64,000 nucleotides of DNA from Verrucomicrobiota bacterium (GTDB lineage: Bacteria > Verrucomicrobiota > Verrucomicrobiia > Limisphaerales > AAA164-E04). Below are positions 48,801-56,592 of this stretch, one piece after another. The notes below the pieces were generated by a model. It was not told the DNA's origin, did no database searches, and worked only from the letters and a program-made list of their open reading frames with translations. Position 1 is the stretch's first letter. Each line of letters opens with the position of its first letter. Made by a program: the position numbers and the translations under genes. The DNA lies in assembly GCA_029247315.1 (NCBI GenBank), contig JAQWLM010000121.1, positions 8,620 through 72,619 on the forward strand. Reading direction: 5' to 3'.

Positions 48801-51316
48801 GCCACGGCAAGATCCGGGGCCTGATCAAAAAACTGAACAGGGGAAGTTTTGTTATCTTCCGTCTCAAGAAACCGCATGGGGAGACTGTTGTTGAGGCTTG
48901 GCAAGCCCCATCCCTGGTAGTTCAACAAGGGATCCACCTGAAAATCATATACGGTTCCAGATGATCTTGAACCATTAATGAGTAATGCCTTCAGAAGAGC
49001 AGGACTGGGATTGTATCCATGCTCGGTAAGATGCTGCTGCATCAGAGCAAGGTGACCGGAGACAACCGGGGTCGCCATGCTTGTACCTGATTCCATTCGA
49101 TAGTGAGGACCGAGTCCATCGTTGAGCATTTTCAAGCCTTCATAAAAACCATCACGCTCCTGCTCCGTCACAATGCTGGTCTCAAGATCAAACACCACTG
49201 AGGTTTCCGTGTCATTGCCTATGCTGATGAAATACACATTGCCGGCCACCAGGTTCAGGGGTTCCCCAGCGTCGGGTTTGAGGGTCACCTCACTTAGCCC
49301 TGCAAAATCATTCGTGTCAGGAAAACGGCCCAGCGCGACATATATTGGGAGGTCAGGCAAGGCGAAAGACGCATCCTCGTTGGGAAGCAGACGAATTCCA
49401 AGTTCGACACCATCGGAAGGAACAAATACGGCACTTGGCACGAGATCACCCGGGTTGATGGATATACCCTGACGGCGGTTGGTAGCAGTCTCACGAAGGT
49501 CTTCCGGATCTTCCCAATCCTTGCTGCGGGTGGAAACGACATACGTGCCTGGTGCAACAACATCCGGCTTGAAACGCCCTCCCTCTCCTTCAATGCCAAT
49601 CCCAACATTGCCCCGTGAGGAAAAAGAGGCCACTTCGGTTGCCGAATCCGTTTCAGGTAGAAAAGCTTTCTCCATGATGGGTATTTCGTTCGTCTCAACG
49701 ACACCCACCTCATTGGTGACCACTTGATCCATATATCCCACCACCACCTCGTTTGTTATGTAGCGAAGGCTTTCAATGGCTCCAACCGTGATGACATTCT
49801 TGGCAGTGGCCGGAGCAAGGATGCTACCCGGAGCCCCCCCGCGCCCACTCATGTTTCCATTACCGGCATTTCCAGCTGAGAAAACATACAGCATGGGTTG
49901 ATCACCCTCGACAGACGGCAAGGCATCTCGAACAGCCGCGTCATAACTTGCGGAGGCAAGACCATATTCCTGTGATTCTGGGTAATTCCAACTGTTGTTG
50001 GAAATCATGGCATTGGTCCGGTTCTGGGTGATATAATTATACTCGGCGGCGGCAAACTGCAACTCGGTATCCGATTCCAATGGACCGGTCAGTAAATCCA
50101 ACTCCAGCGAGTATAATTCAGCCTCTGGCGCCATTCCGTGAAAATTGGCATTGGTGGCAGAGTTGATGATATTGGTCACCACCGGCGAATTTGCCCCCGA
50201 GCTGACAATGATACCTGCCACATGTGTGCCATGGCCAGCGTCTCCAGAAAGAGAGGCGACACCGGGCAACTTGAAATCGGCCGCCGAAACCCGCGCATCA
50301 AAATCCGGGTGCCCCGAATCAACGGCCGTATCGTTGATGTTGATCAATATGCTCCTGCCCGACAATCCATGGTGGTTGTCATTGGTCAAGTTGGTGCTGT
50401 CGGTATCGATGGCTGCCCGCACCCGTGTCAGATCACTGGACAAGGCACGATGAAACCATGGTTCAATCCATTGAACGAGATCAAGGTTAGCAAGGGGCGT
50501 GAGGCTGCCAGGAAACGCATGCACCACATACTGTTCACCAAAAGGAGATGATGTGGCTTTAATGACTGCGAGCCCCAGATCTTCAAGTGCAACTTGCGCC
50601 AACTCCGATTCACCGGGAAAAACCGTCAGACTTAACATGGTGCCAGGAAGCAGCGCTGTCTGGTCCACCGCAGAGGGGAGGAGCCCCTCACTGATTTTAA
50701 AATAGGGAGCATAAGGTACGATACTTTGAACACCACTGCGGTTTTCCAGTTGAGTGAGAGCCTCGGGATCAACTCTGACCAGCCACGTGTTGTTGGGTAT
50801 GTAGGAAACCTTGGTGGCACCCAGTGCTTCCATCAGAGGATGGGGAAGCACTTCATCGAAGTTTCTTTCCGTCTGGATGAGATAGCTACGTGTGCGTTTT
50901 GGGGCTTGAAGGTGAGAGGGTATCGATAGTGGTCGACGAGAACGCGTATCCATCAAGGCATTGTTCAGAAGAATCGCATGATTCAGGTGTGCCAGTTGAT
51001 CCAGAGGCGATGCGGTATTGCGAAGCCGATATGGATGCTGTGGATCTTTGGGTATCGGAGACCTGTAGGCGGCAGAGACCTCCGTGTCCGATACGCTGGC
51101 ATGCCGCGAATGTGTGTCCAATGCGGTGAGTAGTCGGTGACCAGCACCTCCCAATGTAGGAATGTGCACAGTCCCCTCTTCGGACTGCCCGGATCGTCCG
51201 CCCTCGACAGCCCTATTCTTCTGCTCCTGGACACGGTTACCCCACTGCCAAAAGCCGGCGCTGAGTGCCAGCAATACAATGGCAATGATTACCCAAGTTT
51301 TTGCGCTGAATCGCAT
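42827..51316 (-). CDS. Giant (2829 aa) signal-anchored subtilisin-family (S8) serine protease with propeptide-like region, two P-domains, PPC-like domains and six C-terminal tandem repeats
   Basis: N-terminal TM WVIIAIVLLALSAGFWQW. Catalytic motifs ININDTAVDSGHPDF (Asp329, ~50330-50332), GHGTHVAGI (His362), NNSWN and GTSMATPVVSGHLAL (Ser746, ~49079-49081). Post-catalytic LRFSLVWTDPPG..LVNDLDLVV..NNVENI. P-domain-like VVHQDIGDLLGSISHNG..GVWLMTMVDN..GTLSGFRVV and LRLDHPRLSDLSVHLVSPKGTRVLLVEN..MGDWTLEINDTRDGG..LQNWQLLL. PPC-like units (YYRYRTGSNVVNLDFELEPVNGDVNM, DFYRFVVDPAAEEVTFTI..GNVDLLL, LYYFDVDEESTETTFQL..GNVDLLL). Confidence 0.9.
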   Translation of the reverse strand: MRFSAKTWVIIAIVLLALSAGFWQWGNRVQEQKNRAVEGGRSGQSEEGTVHIPTLGGAGHRLLTALDTHSRHASVSDTEVSAAYRSPIPKDPQHPYRLRNTASPLDQLAHLNHAILLNNALMDTRSRRPLSIPSHLQAPKRTRSYLIQTERNFDEVLPHPLMEALGATKVSYIPNNTWLVRVDPEALTQLENRSGVQSIVPYAPYFKISEGLLPSAVDQTALLPGTMLSLTVFPGESELAQVALEDLGLAVIKATSSPFGEQYVVHAFPGSLTPLANLDLVQWIEPWFHRALSSDLTRVRAAIDTDSTNLTNDNHHGLSGRSILININDTAVDSGHPDFDARVSAADFKLPGVASLSGDAGHGTHVAGIIVSSGANSPVVTNIINSATNANFHGMAPEAELYSLELDLLTGPLESDTELQFAAAEYNYITQNRTNAMISNNSWNYPESQEYGLASASYDAAVRDALPSVEGDQPMLYVFSAGNAGNGNMSGRGGAPGSILAPATAKNVITVGAIESLRYITNEVVVGYMDQVVTNEVGVVETNEIPIMEKAFLPETDSATEVASFSSRGNVGIGIEGEGGRFKPDVVAPGTYVVSTRSKDWEDPEDLRETATNRRQGISINPGDLVPSAVFVPSDGVELGIRLLPNEDASFALPDLPIYVALGRFPDTNDFAGLSEVTLKPDAGEPLNLVAGNVYFISIGNDTETSVVFDLETSIVTEQERDGFYEGLKMLNDGLGPHYRMESGTSMATPVVSGHLALMQQHLTEHGYNPSPALLKALLINGSRSSGTVYDFQVDPLLNYQGWGLPSLNNSLPMRFLETEDNKTSPVQFFDQAPDLAVATGESVSWNLNLSTNGARAFPLRFSLVWTDPPGNPAAGIKLVNDLDLVVSNAVSGEVFYGNDFGEASMFTRMSPSNSIPRADVVNNVENIYINGPLNTNYVVSVIGRRVNVNAVFDHPDGVVQDFALVISSGDDSELESPFELKDLETPLPPILPPVIAITNGIPRLEDRVGANAPLLGSVDGLSQQWQFYMFTNSLPSTNDVGFTNGPNVAFVTFLPPDLARPRVSEADIDLYVSRDPSLMDLSPAAVAGANTSLNQGGTEVVLLENQPLGDDVVYYVGVKSEDHQGAQYAFVGLSQEDPFDFTDDNGNRVFRGIPLNQGVIPDGTPGNPGAGLGIAIGNPLNGLTVQSVTVEQTVVHQDIGDLLGSISHNGISAVLNNHTLFSPQGSAVFLDAVYDDFGSFANSIPSDGPGNLINFIGENGVGVWLMTMVDNALGQTGTLSGFRVVATPNQLLGDEGVVSSVQGETFAYFFVDVPADASAFTANLTEFELPLDLYLRHEELPTQTQYDKRTLGLEGESIVSVTLTPRDIPPLNAGRYFIGIYNPNPDVVNFRLTYDIERNLIIDAEQPFYPDEVEVPVLDFGRTESPIFIPDARAVSEAKVGLRLDHPRLSDLSVHLVSPKGTRVLLVENRGTSDVTGFGQGSGQQISYGGFSDNLEDSDTLIKFAQGPFSTNANVNVTPVSGFEQASAGIYAAGTTFSADADGNNWDVVAGRTRILDRFAPYGSNYLNIFSSRIATSVITEPGRKVDLFYSTRSSAGRGSSVGVVYLDGRRAQLVDGSIRWRRNTPVRFVPARPETLLEFTYVKGRPPMSLDEIEIRDAAAVKFFLPEEPLESLKGESAMGDWTLEINDTRDGGMEPLPMLQNWQLLLSLANTNVQAVTLRNGQCYAGQLDVDEVNYFVVEVPRVATMATNWLKGSGDLEMWFDHVGVPTGEIPPDMLPPIDFNGVNEGEGMLISVDGMTFFDPETNKLGTLASPVLKPGQRYYLAVANNKSAYEQDYELCLEFDADDVHIIDLTNQIPYSSTIPFTEDIEMQYYRYRTGSNVVNLDFELEPVNGDVNMVEKHGLPLPNLALFDQRSDFAGLQTEMLSITNIPPATILPGSYYIGVYNVEPSQTAVDYNIKVTETTVPYNIIRLTDGEAIDFTVGDNFASDDGVIDNYFMFEVASTNAAAARFEIVQTDGDAQFVLEKEALPSKDNHRLIREVFSERPGSGKMLVRTNESQPSLDGNWFLAVLNQRSEDLNFTIRASLETNMPPVITLTNQVWMTNTVAMKLEEHPEEMDFYRFVVDPAAEEVTFTIDPIMGGNDGNVDLLLKKGKLPSLVDQDATSSNPGDLSETIVLDATSKVVLSGGEWYVAVVNREASEQVTYRIRGSYQAELSIIPLEDGILFPNTIAGNLPNLPATPDLYYFDVDEESTETTFQLSNLENGQAGNVDLLLQFDVPPDLQNFDYASINPDTLDEMIRLNQDSVPRIKPGRWYLAVINRESSEVDYQIMADQSFPDQPTFIEVPSDLLFLGDQICITWESEMGKSYWLEGKVLEEDPVWDGLAGPIVASDLLSEYCLDLPVEHQFFRVVLRLENETPSAFIDPIVDLRSDSICVSWPASVGQSYQLQGRMNLLEGAWSDIIDITADSAAMEHCFESTTPYRFFRVEQTESSVEPILPSIEPALALLNGQLCISWDTEPNRAYVVQGREGLDQEDWVDLDTLVATSVSSDYCIELTSPYRFFRILVGALQEPTTGESFVEASLLLDGNQVCIQWNAESGRSYHIDGIPSLNTPIWNEIATVLASGKQAAYCLDLPTANRFFRVRMGMETTQPSPEPSITGYIDPRLVLSNDQVCLTWEPQGSSLYQVQGLEDLKNPDWEVLDTLSSSNEPLSYCLDLQGLHRLYRIAVIKSDTPIEDGAGVRHNTLASIEIDHVALDAGQVKLQWMAEPGSVCLISYADSLLGPWTNIPDKMTSSTGSYEFIDDGSMTGGLVSPRFYRVHLISSP
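42830..44287 (-). repeat. Six tandem ~77-87-aa coding repeats at the C-terminus of the giant protease
   Basis: Units read from the translation: ICITWESEMGKSYWLEG..YCLDLPVEHQFFRVVL; ICVSWPASVGQSYQLQG..HCFESTTPYRFFRVEQ; LCISWDTEPNRAYVVQG..YCIELTSPYRFFRILV; VCIQWNAESGRSYHIDG..YCLDLPTANRFFRVRM; VCLTWEPQGSSLYQVQG..YCLDLQGLHRLYRIAV; VKLQWMAEPGSVCLISY..SPRFYRVHL. Consensus: C-x-x-W, x-Y-x-x-x-G, W, Y-C, R-F-F-R-V. Confidence 0.85.
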
Positions 51317-51388
51317 ATCTGTAAAATTCCGAAATTTCCTGTCACCCTGCTACCCTGCGGAGCCCAATATCTCTTTGCTTCTGTCCCC

Positions 51389-54300
51389 TCAATCAAACGG
51401 TAGTACGGTTTCACTCTCCACGGTGGCCTGTAGATTGGTAATGGAACCATCAAACCTCACCACCCGCCGAAAGAGGTATTCACCCGCAACCTGATAGTTC
51501 GTACAAATATTAAAAAGCCTGGGAGGTTCCGGATCCGTCCGTAAAGACTGCTCAGCCGGGCGCAAAGCCTGCCCGTAAGCATAGATGGTTACCATCGGCT
51601 CATCTGCCTTGAGAAGGGAAAGAATCTGCTGAGGGATGCGCTCGTAAGCAAAGTCATCAATCCCAGATTGAAACTGAACCGGATCATTGCTGGCCAGAAA
51701 GGGAGACTGCAGGGTAAGGGCCGGAGCGGAGAGCACATCACCCAAGTGCTGGAACCTGCCATTGGGGAAAAAGCGCCGAACCCCATTGATACCGAATGGT
51801 CCATTGACCATCTGCGACATGGGTGATGGCAATGATTGATTCTCAGGCAGGCCATTCAAACCTGCCGGCTCGATGGTTCGGGTTTGAAATTCAGCGAATT
51901 GCAAACCCTCCAGATCACGGGCCATCACATCTGCCGTGGGCGAGTTGGTCTGCACAACCACCCCCGAGAGCAGTGCTGACCAAGCTGCCAATCCAGGCTG
52001 ATTGACTGAAAGCAGACCACGCGCAGCATTGTCATCGAGTGCCGTAGTGAATTGCTCCAGTATTTTCCAGTCGTTCGTCGGGTGTGTACCGACACTGCCA
52101 GACCAACGCAACCAGTTACGCCGGGCGACTGCCATCACATTAACGCGTGATCCGTCCACGGGCTGGGCCGCATCAGCTGCATCGAAGAACCCGGTATTCG
52201 GATCCCCGGTGAGGGTCTGGAAAGGGAACCCCTCCGCCACGGGCGAACTGAGTTCTGGTAGATCAGTAATATTGAGAATACGTCCAGCTCCATCCGTACC
52301 GATCGCCGACTTAAGGTAGACCGTCTGCCAAGGAGTCCCTCGATGCAAGCGCCCCAACCAACCAATGTTGGGGAAACGATTTGTTGGAAATTGCCAGTCA
52401 TCGGATTGCCTGATGAGGGGATCCTTGAAGGCGATATTGTATTCGGAAATATCCCCACCGTTCCCAGTCGGCCAGGGTCGATACCGCGCATTCATCAGGC
52501 CTATGTTGTGGATTCGATTGTTGAGGGGACGATCGGGTGGATCCACCAATTCACTTCGAGTGGCACGCCCCTCCAGATCCCTCAGATCGGTCGGAGTGTA
52601 ATGTACCAGGGGATCATTGGCTTGCCAGGTGTTGTAGATGATCTTTTTCAGTGAGGGCGTGAACGGTACCTGGCGCACGAAGCTCTTTCTTGGATCGCTC
52701 AATCGCTGAAAACCAAGTGCCAATTGCTGCCCAGAGAGATATTTTGGAGGAAACCCCAGGAAAGTACGAAAAAGATCGATCGATTCCTCTCGATCTCGTC
52801 CGGTACCACGCGCACGAAAACTATTCCACAACTGCTGTGACACCGGTATTTCATCCAGAGAGGTAAAGATCTGATTGATCACACCCTCGGTGGGAGCCGT
52901 GATCACATTGGCGTTACCAAGTCTGTTCGTCAGCCAAAACATGCGGTTGTCAGCACTGGATGAAGACACCGCCATACTCTGAGCACCCGCTGAGTACGCT
53001 CCCAGAAGTTCCTGAGTCACATCCATCTGGGTCACGAGGTTATCCAGATTAACATAATCGATCACCCTTCTGGTTTCCTCATCCAGCATAATGCACTGGA
53101 CGCGGTTGGTCATCGCAAGGCCAATCTGTGGTGTCGGGAAGATATTGCGGTCCGGGAAAAGATTCCCTGGCACAAACGCAGCCTCCACGAGACGACCCGT
53201 CACATGTTCGTAAATACTGTTGGTCAGGGTGATGAAGGTCTGCTGCATGGGAACAATAAACTCGTTTCCCTCCCATTCATTGACGCTCAGCAGGCGGTTC
53301 TGCACTGGCGCGAACCAATTGGAACGCAGCAGCATACCCCGTGTGTTGGTCACCACCATGCTGCACTGAACCTGTGCCTGCAAGCGCAGGGCCCTCGGGT
53401 AGTTTGATCTGTAGGAATTCCATGTTTCCAGGCCAAACATATTGGAAATGCCCATGACGATCATTTGATTTGTCTGCCAGAGATTCATGGGAGCGTTGGG
53501 GGCGGTCTTGTTGATCTCTAATTTGCGCGTGATTTCCATGGTGGTCAGCACCCCATACTCGTTAAAGTTAGGAAGCCCCTTCTTGGCTGCAACCACCCAG
53601 GGTATACCGAACACATTGTCATCCGCATTCAAGGCACTACGGTGAGAACTAAACCGCAGGTCACGGTAGGGTTTGCTCAGCTGTGCTGGGGCGTCATTGG
53701 TAACCTCAACAAAGTCGAAAATCGCAACCGATCCATCCTCCCTGACATTGTATCTTGGCCGAAACACCAAGGGAAAATGCTCCGTGTTACCTCCAGCAAA
53801 TGTGCCCATGGGACGCATGGTAGTTACCGGGTCCGTCATGTTCGCAGCCAACTGAAGGAGTTGATGCACATTGGCGGTATATTCATGCACACCAGGTGTC
53901 TTTTCGGGCCACACTTGTATGTTTGTCAGCGCGAAATTCCGGTTGACATAACTATCACCAACCATATGAAAATTAGTCCCGGGTATACTGAACTGCTGGC
54001 CCTGCGCATTCAATTGGGCCAGGGGCGGCGGATTGGTCGAAAGGTTTGCCATCAGCAAGCGCTGTGCAGAGAGCATGAATAACTGACGAGGCTGCCAGTC
54101 GGTATAATTGGTCTGGTGATTGGAATGATTATTATAGTTGAGATGCAGCTTGTTTGTGCGCACTTCCCTCAGTTGAGGCACCTCGTCCAACACCGCAAGT
54201 CGGTAGGACCGGGCCTGCGTATCCGGAATGGATGCGGTACCGAGCTGCGAAATCAGGCGGTAGTATGTGTAACGATCGTAAGTTGAAGTCTGCGCCAGAC

Positions 54301-55501
54301 CGGGGATGCGCCCAATACGGTCCGAGACACTGTCACTGGATGCGGGAACACCTGATGCATTAGGTATTTTGTTCCCGTTAAAGAGCTCCTGAACATCGAA
54401 AAAAGCACGCCAGTAATCGCTTCCCCACCAGGTACGATCCGGGGAATCGGCAACATCCTGAGCAAGCCACGGAGTGTTCAGCAGATAGGGGCCATTGGCA
54501 AACGAATCCACAAAATCTTGTTGCAACTGTGCAGGACTGGGATTCGCAAGCAGATTCAAGGTGGAAAGAGGGCGATTGGCTCGACGGTAATTGAGCAACG
54601 AAAAAGCATCCCGAAAGGAGTTACCCGTGTTTTCCTGTAATGTGAGTGGCCCCGCGTACTGGTATTGAGTCCAGATGCGTGGGTTGAGATCTCGCAGAAA
54701 AGCGCCCAGATTCATTTCCCATGGCCCGATGCCTTGATTGCGAACAAAGAAATCCTGCGTGTTACTCAACTGTTTTACCTGATTATGGATGGCATTCAGA
54801 TCCAATGAGCGCCCTTCCGGCACGATGATGTAGGCAAAACGACCTATGAAGCGATTTGTAGCCGAGTGAGGCTTTCCTGGATACTCCAGGACTCCCACCC
54901 ATTGAGGATCGCCCACGTAGCGCGACCACACGGGGAGGCTCGATTCCATGTCCCGCAGCTGACGATTGTTTTCATCCAGTGCTGGAAGTAAACCTGTGGG
55001 GTCAAACCTTCGGTTACGGTTGAAATCGAGGTAAAATCTAAAATCGATATTTTCCTCAAATTGCCGCGTTTTCGGGTTGTAGGCTTTCTCTTTGAAATAA
55101 ACGGGCGGACGCGGATCATGGAGTTGATTCCCGATATTGACTGCCTGATTATCGTTGCCCCTGATCGAGTTACCATTGGGCAAAAAATAATTCACGTTGT
55201 GAGGGTTGAATGCAATGTCAGCGCTGTTGAAACCAGCGGGATTGAAAAAATTCGTAGAGACTGCGTAATCAAAATCGTAACGGTTGGAAGCACTCAGAAT
55301 ACGGCCAACAACCTCGGATTGAGCCCGAGCCATACCCGCCTCTGCCGTCAATTTGGCAGTAATCTGATCGCTTGTCACCGTGACGGTCGCCCGTTCGCGA
55401 CGACTCACTCCCAGGAAGACAATCGCCATGAGCGTCACCACTGACAACATGATCAGGGTGACGACCAGAACGATACCTTGCTCTTTGGTTCTCAACTTCA
55501 T
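51389..55501 (-). CDS. Giant (1370 aa) GspK-like minor pseudopilin-type protein
   Basis: N-terminus MKLRTKEQGIVLVVTLIMLSVVTLMAIVFLGVSRRE is a prepilin-like hydrophobic helix after QG that lacks Glu+5, as in GspK. AYIIVPEGRSLDLNAIHN resembles the GspK D-E-x-x-K-x-N-[IL]-N segment. The start overlaps the upstream prepilin gene's stop by 4 nt (55498-55501). The remaining ~1100 aa have no motif I recognise. Confidence 0.6.
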   Translation of the reverse strand: MKLRTKEQGIVLVVTLIMLSVVTLMAIVFLGVSRRERATVTVTSDQITAKLTAEAGMARAQSEVVGRILSASNRYDFDYAVSTNFFNPAGFNSADIAFNPHNVNYFLPNGNSIRGNDNQAVNIGNQLHDPRPPVYFKEKAYNPKTRQFEENIDFRFYLDFNRNRRFDPTGLLPALDENNRQLRDMESSLPVWSRYVGDPQWVGVLEYPGKPHSATNRFIGRFAYIIVPEGRSLDLNAIHNQVKQLSNTQDFFVRNQGIGPWEMNLGAFLRDLNPRIWTQYQYAGPLTLQENTGNSFRDAFSLLNYRRANRPLSTLNLLANPSPAQLQQDFVDSFANGPYLLNTPWLAQDVADSPDRTWWGSDYWRAFFDVQELFNGNKIPNASGVPASSDSVSDRIGRIPGLAQTSTYDRYTYYRLISQLGTASIPDTQARSYRLAVLDEVPQLREVRTNKLHLNYNNHSNHQTNYTDWQPRQLFMLSAQRLLMANLSTNPPPLAQLNAQGQQFSIPGTNFHMVGDSYVNRNFALTNIQVWPEKTPGVHEYTANVHQLLQLAANMTDPVTTMRPMGTFAGGNTEHFPLVFRPRYNVREDGSVAIFDFVEVTNDAPAQLSKPYRDLRFSSHRSALNADDNVFGIPWVVAAKKGLPNFNEYGVLTTMEITRKLEINKTAPNAPMNLWQTNQMIVMGISNMFGLETWNSYRSNYPRALRLQAQVQCSMVVTNTRGMLLRSNWFAPVQNRLLSVNEWEGNEFIVPMQQTFITLTNSIYEHVTGRLVEAAFVPGNLFPDRNIFPTPQIGLAMTNRVQCIMLDEETRRVIDYVNLDNLVTQMDVTQELLGAYSAGAQSMAVSSSSADNRMFWLTNRLGNANVITAPTEGVINQIFTSLDEIPVSQQLWNSFRARGTGRDREESIDLFRTFLGFPPKYLSGQQLALGFQRLSDPRKSFVRQVPFTPSLKKIIYNTWQANDPLVHYTPTDLRDLEGRATRSELVDPPDRPLNNRIHNIGLMNARYRPWPTGNGGDISEYNIAFKDPLIRQSDDWQFPTNRFPNIGWLGRLHRGTPWQTVYLKSAIGTDGAGRILNITDLPELSSPVAEGFPFQTLTGDPNTGFFDAADAAQPVDGSRVNVMAVARRNWLRWSGSVGTHPTNDWKILEQFTTALDDNAARGLLSVNQPGLAAWSALLSGVVVQTNSPTADVMARDLEGLQFAEFQTRTIEPAGLNGLPENQSLPSPMSQMVNGPFGINGVRRFFPNGRFQHLGDVLSAPALTLQSPFLASNDPVQFQSGIDDFAYERIPQQILSLLKADEPMVTIYAYGQALRPAEQSLRTDPEPPRLFNICTNYQVAGEYLFRRVVRFDGSITNLQATVESETVLPFD

Positions 55502-56592
55502 TGCGTTTCCAGACTGATGCGATTGGCTGTGGACAGGGGAACCATGCGGCGAAACAGATGCACGGCGCCTGGTTTGTCGTAAAGATATTGGCGAGCGGCG
55601 GCAAGATTTGGCATGGCCTTCAAGCGTGCCATGACTTCTGGATCAAGAACCCCAAGCTCAAGTTCGATAAAGGCAGGAAGCGCATCTCCAAAAAAGCGAA
55701 AACGCGTTTGGCCCAGCAAAAGATCCCCACCCATGGATTCACTCTCAAGGATGGTTTTGGGATAACCAAGATTCACAGACGCATTCAGGGCGTTGTAATT
55801 GGTATAGTAGACCATTGGCCTGCCATCGGAATCAATGGGCTGCAGTTTGAAATGAACCACCCCTTCAATGAGCGGTGAGACGCTCAAATTGTGAATTTGG
55901 CTGTTCGCTGATTGGGGATCAAGGCTTTGGATGGTATTGTATTGGCTCCAAAAATTATTTAACAGGTCGTGATTCAATCGTCGTTGTGGCTGGAAACGAT
56001 TTTCCACACGGGTCGCATTGGGATCCACATTGACCGATGAAAACCGGAAAAGTGTACCAAACCCAAGGCTCTGCACCCCATTGGGCGCCACGAAATTCGT
56101 GGTCGGTGAGAAAAAGTAACCCTTGGCAACCCAATTCAGATTGGAACGCGTCAGGAAAAAGGTGTTTTGAAGCAGGTTGGTACGCCTGGAAATACGTTGA
56201 GGAGAATCATCTACCAAGGCCTGAACCACAGGTCGATAGCCATACCCACGATCGAGCGTTCCCTGCATGTGGGGAAGTTGTGTCGTTGATGGGACAACCT
56301 GGCTTAGCAGAGGCAAATCCGGTGCTTCTGCGGCCTGGATATCCTGCACCAGAAGCTCAATGGCCGATCGTCCGGTGCCGAGAATATCCACTTGTTTGGA
56401 GGTGGCTCGAAGGGCTTTCTGGGTTTGATTGAACATCGAGAAAAGGCCCACGATGATGACGGACATGATCGACACCGCCAAAAGCACCTCAATCAAGGAA
56501 AAACCCAAGTCACGAACAAGGCCTGACCGCCCATGCCATGCATGGGCAGGTGACTTGCATGTAAACAGGCCTCTGGGATCAACATCTTTCAT
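55498..56592 (-). CDS. Prepilin-type N-terminal cleavage/methylation domain protein (GspJ-position pseudopilin, 364 aa)
   Basis: ...GLVRDLG|FSLIEVLLAVSIMSVIIVGLFSMF is a class III signal with Glu+5. 4-nt overlaps with both neighbours. Confidence 0.8.
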   Translation of the reverse strand: MKDVDPRGLFTCKSPAHAWHGRSGLVRDLGFSLIEVLLAVSIMSVIIVGLFSMFNQTQKALRATSKQVDILGTGRSAIELLVQDIQAAEAPDLPLLSQVVPSTTQLPHMQGTLDRGYGYRPVVQALVDDSPQRISRRTNLLQNTFFLTRSNLNWVAKGYFFSPTTNFVAPNGVQSLGFGTLFRFSSVNVDPNATRVENRFQPQRRLNHDLLNNFWSQYNTIQSLDPQSANSQIHNLSVSPLIEGVVHFKLQPIDSDGRPMVYYTNYNALNASVNLGYPKTILESESMGGDLLLGQTRFRFFGDALPAFIELELGVLDPEVMARLKAMPNLAAARQYLYDKPGAVHLFRRMVPLSTANRISLETQ

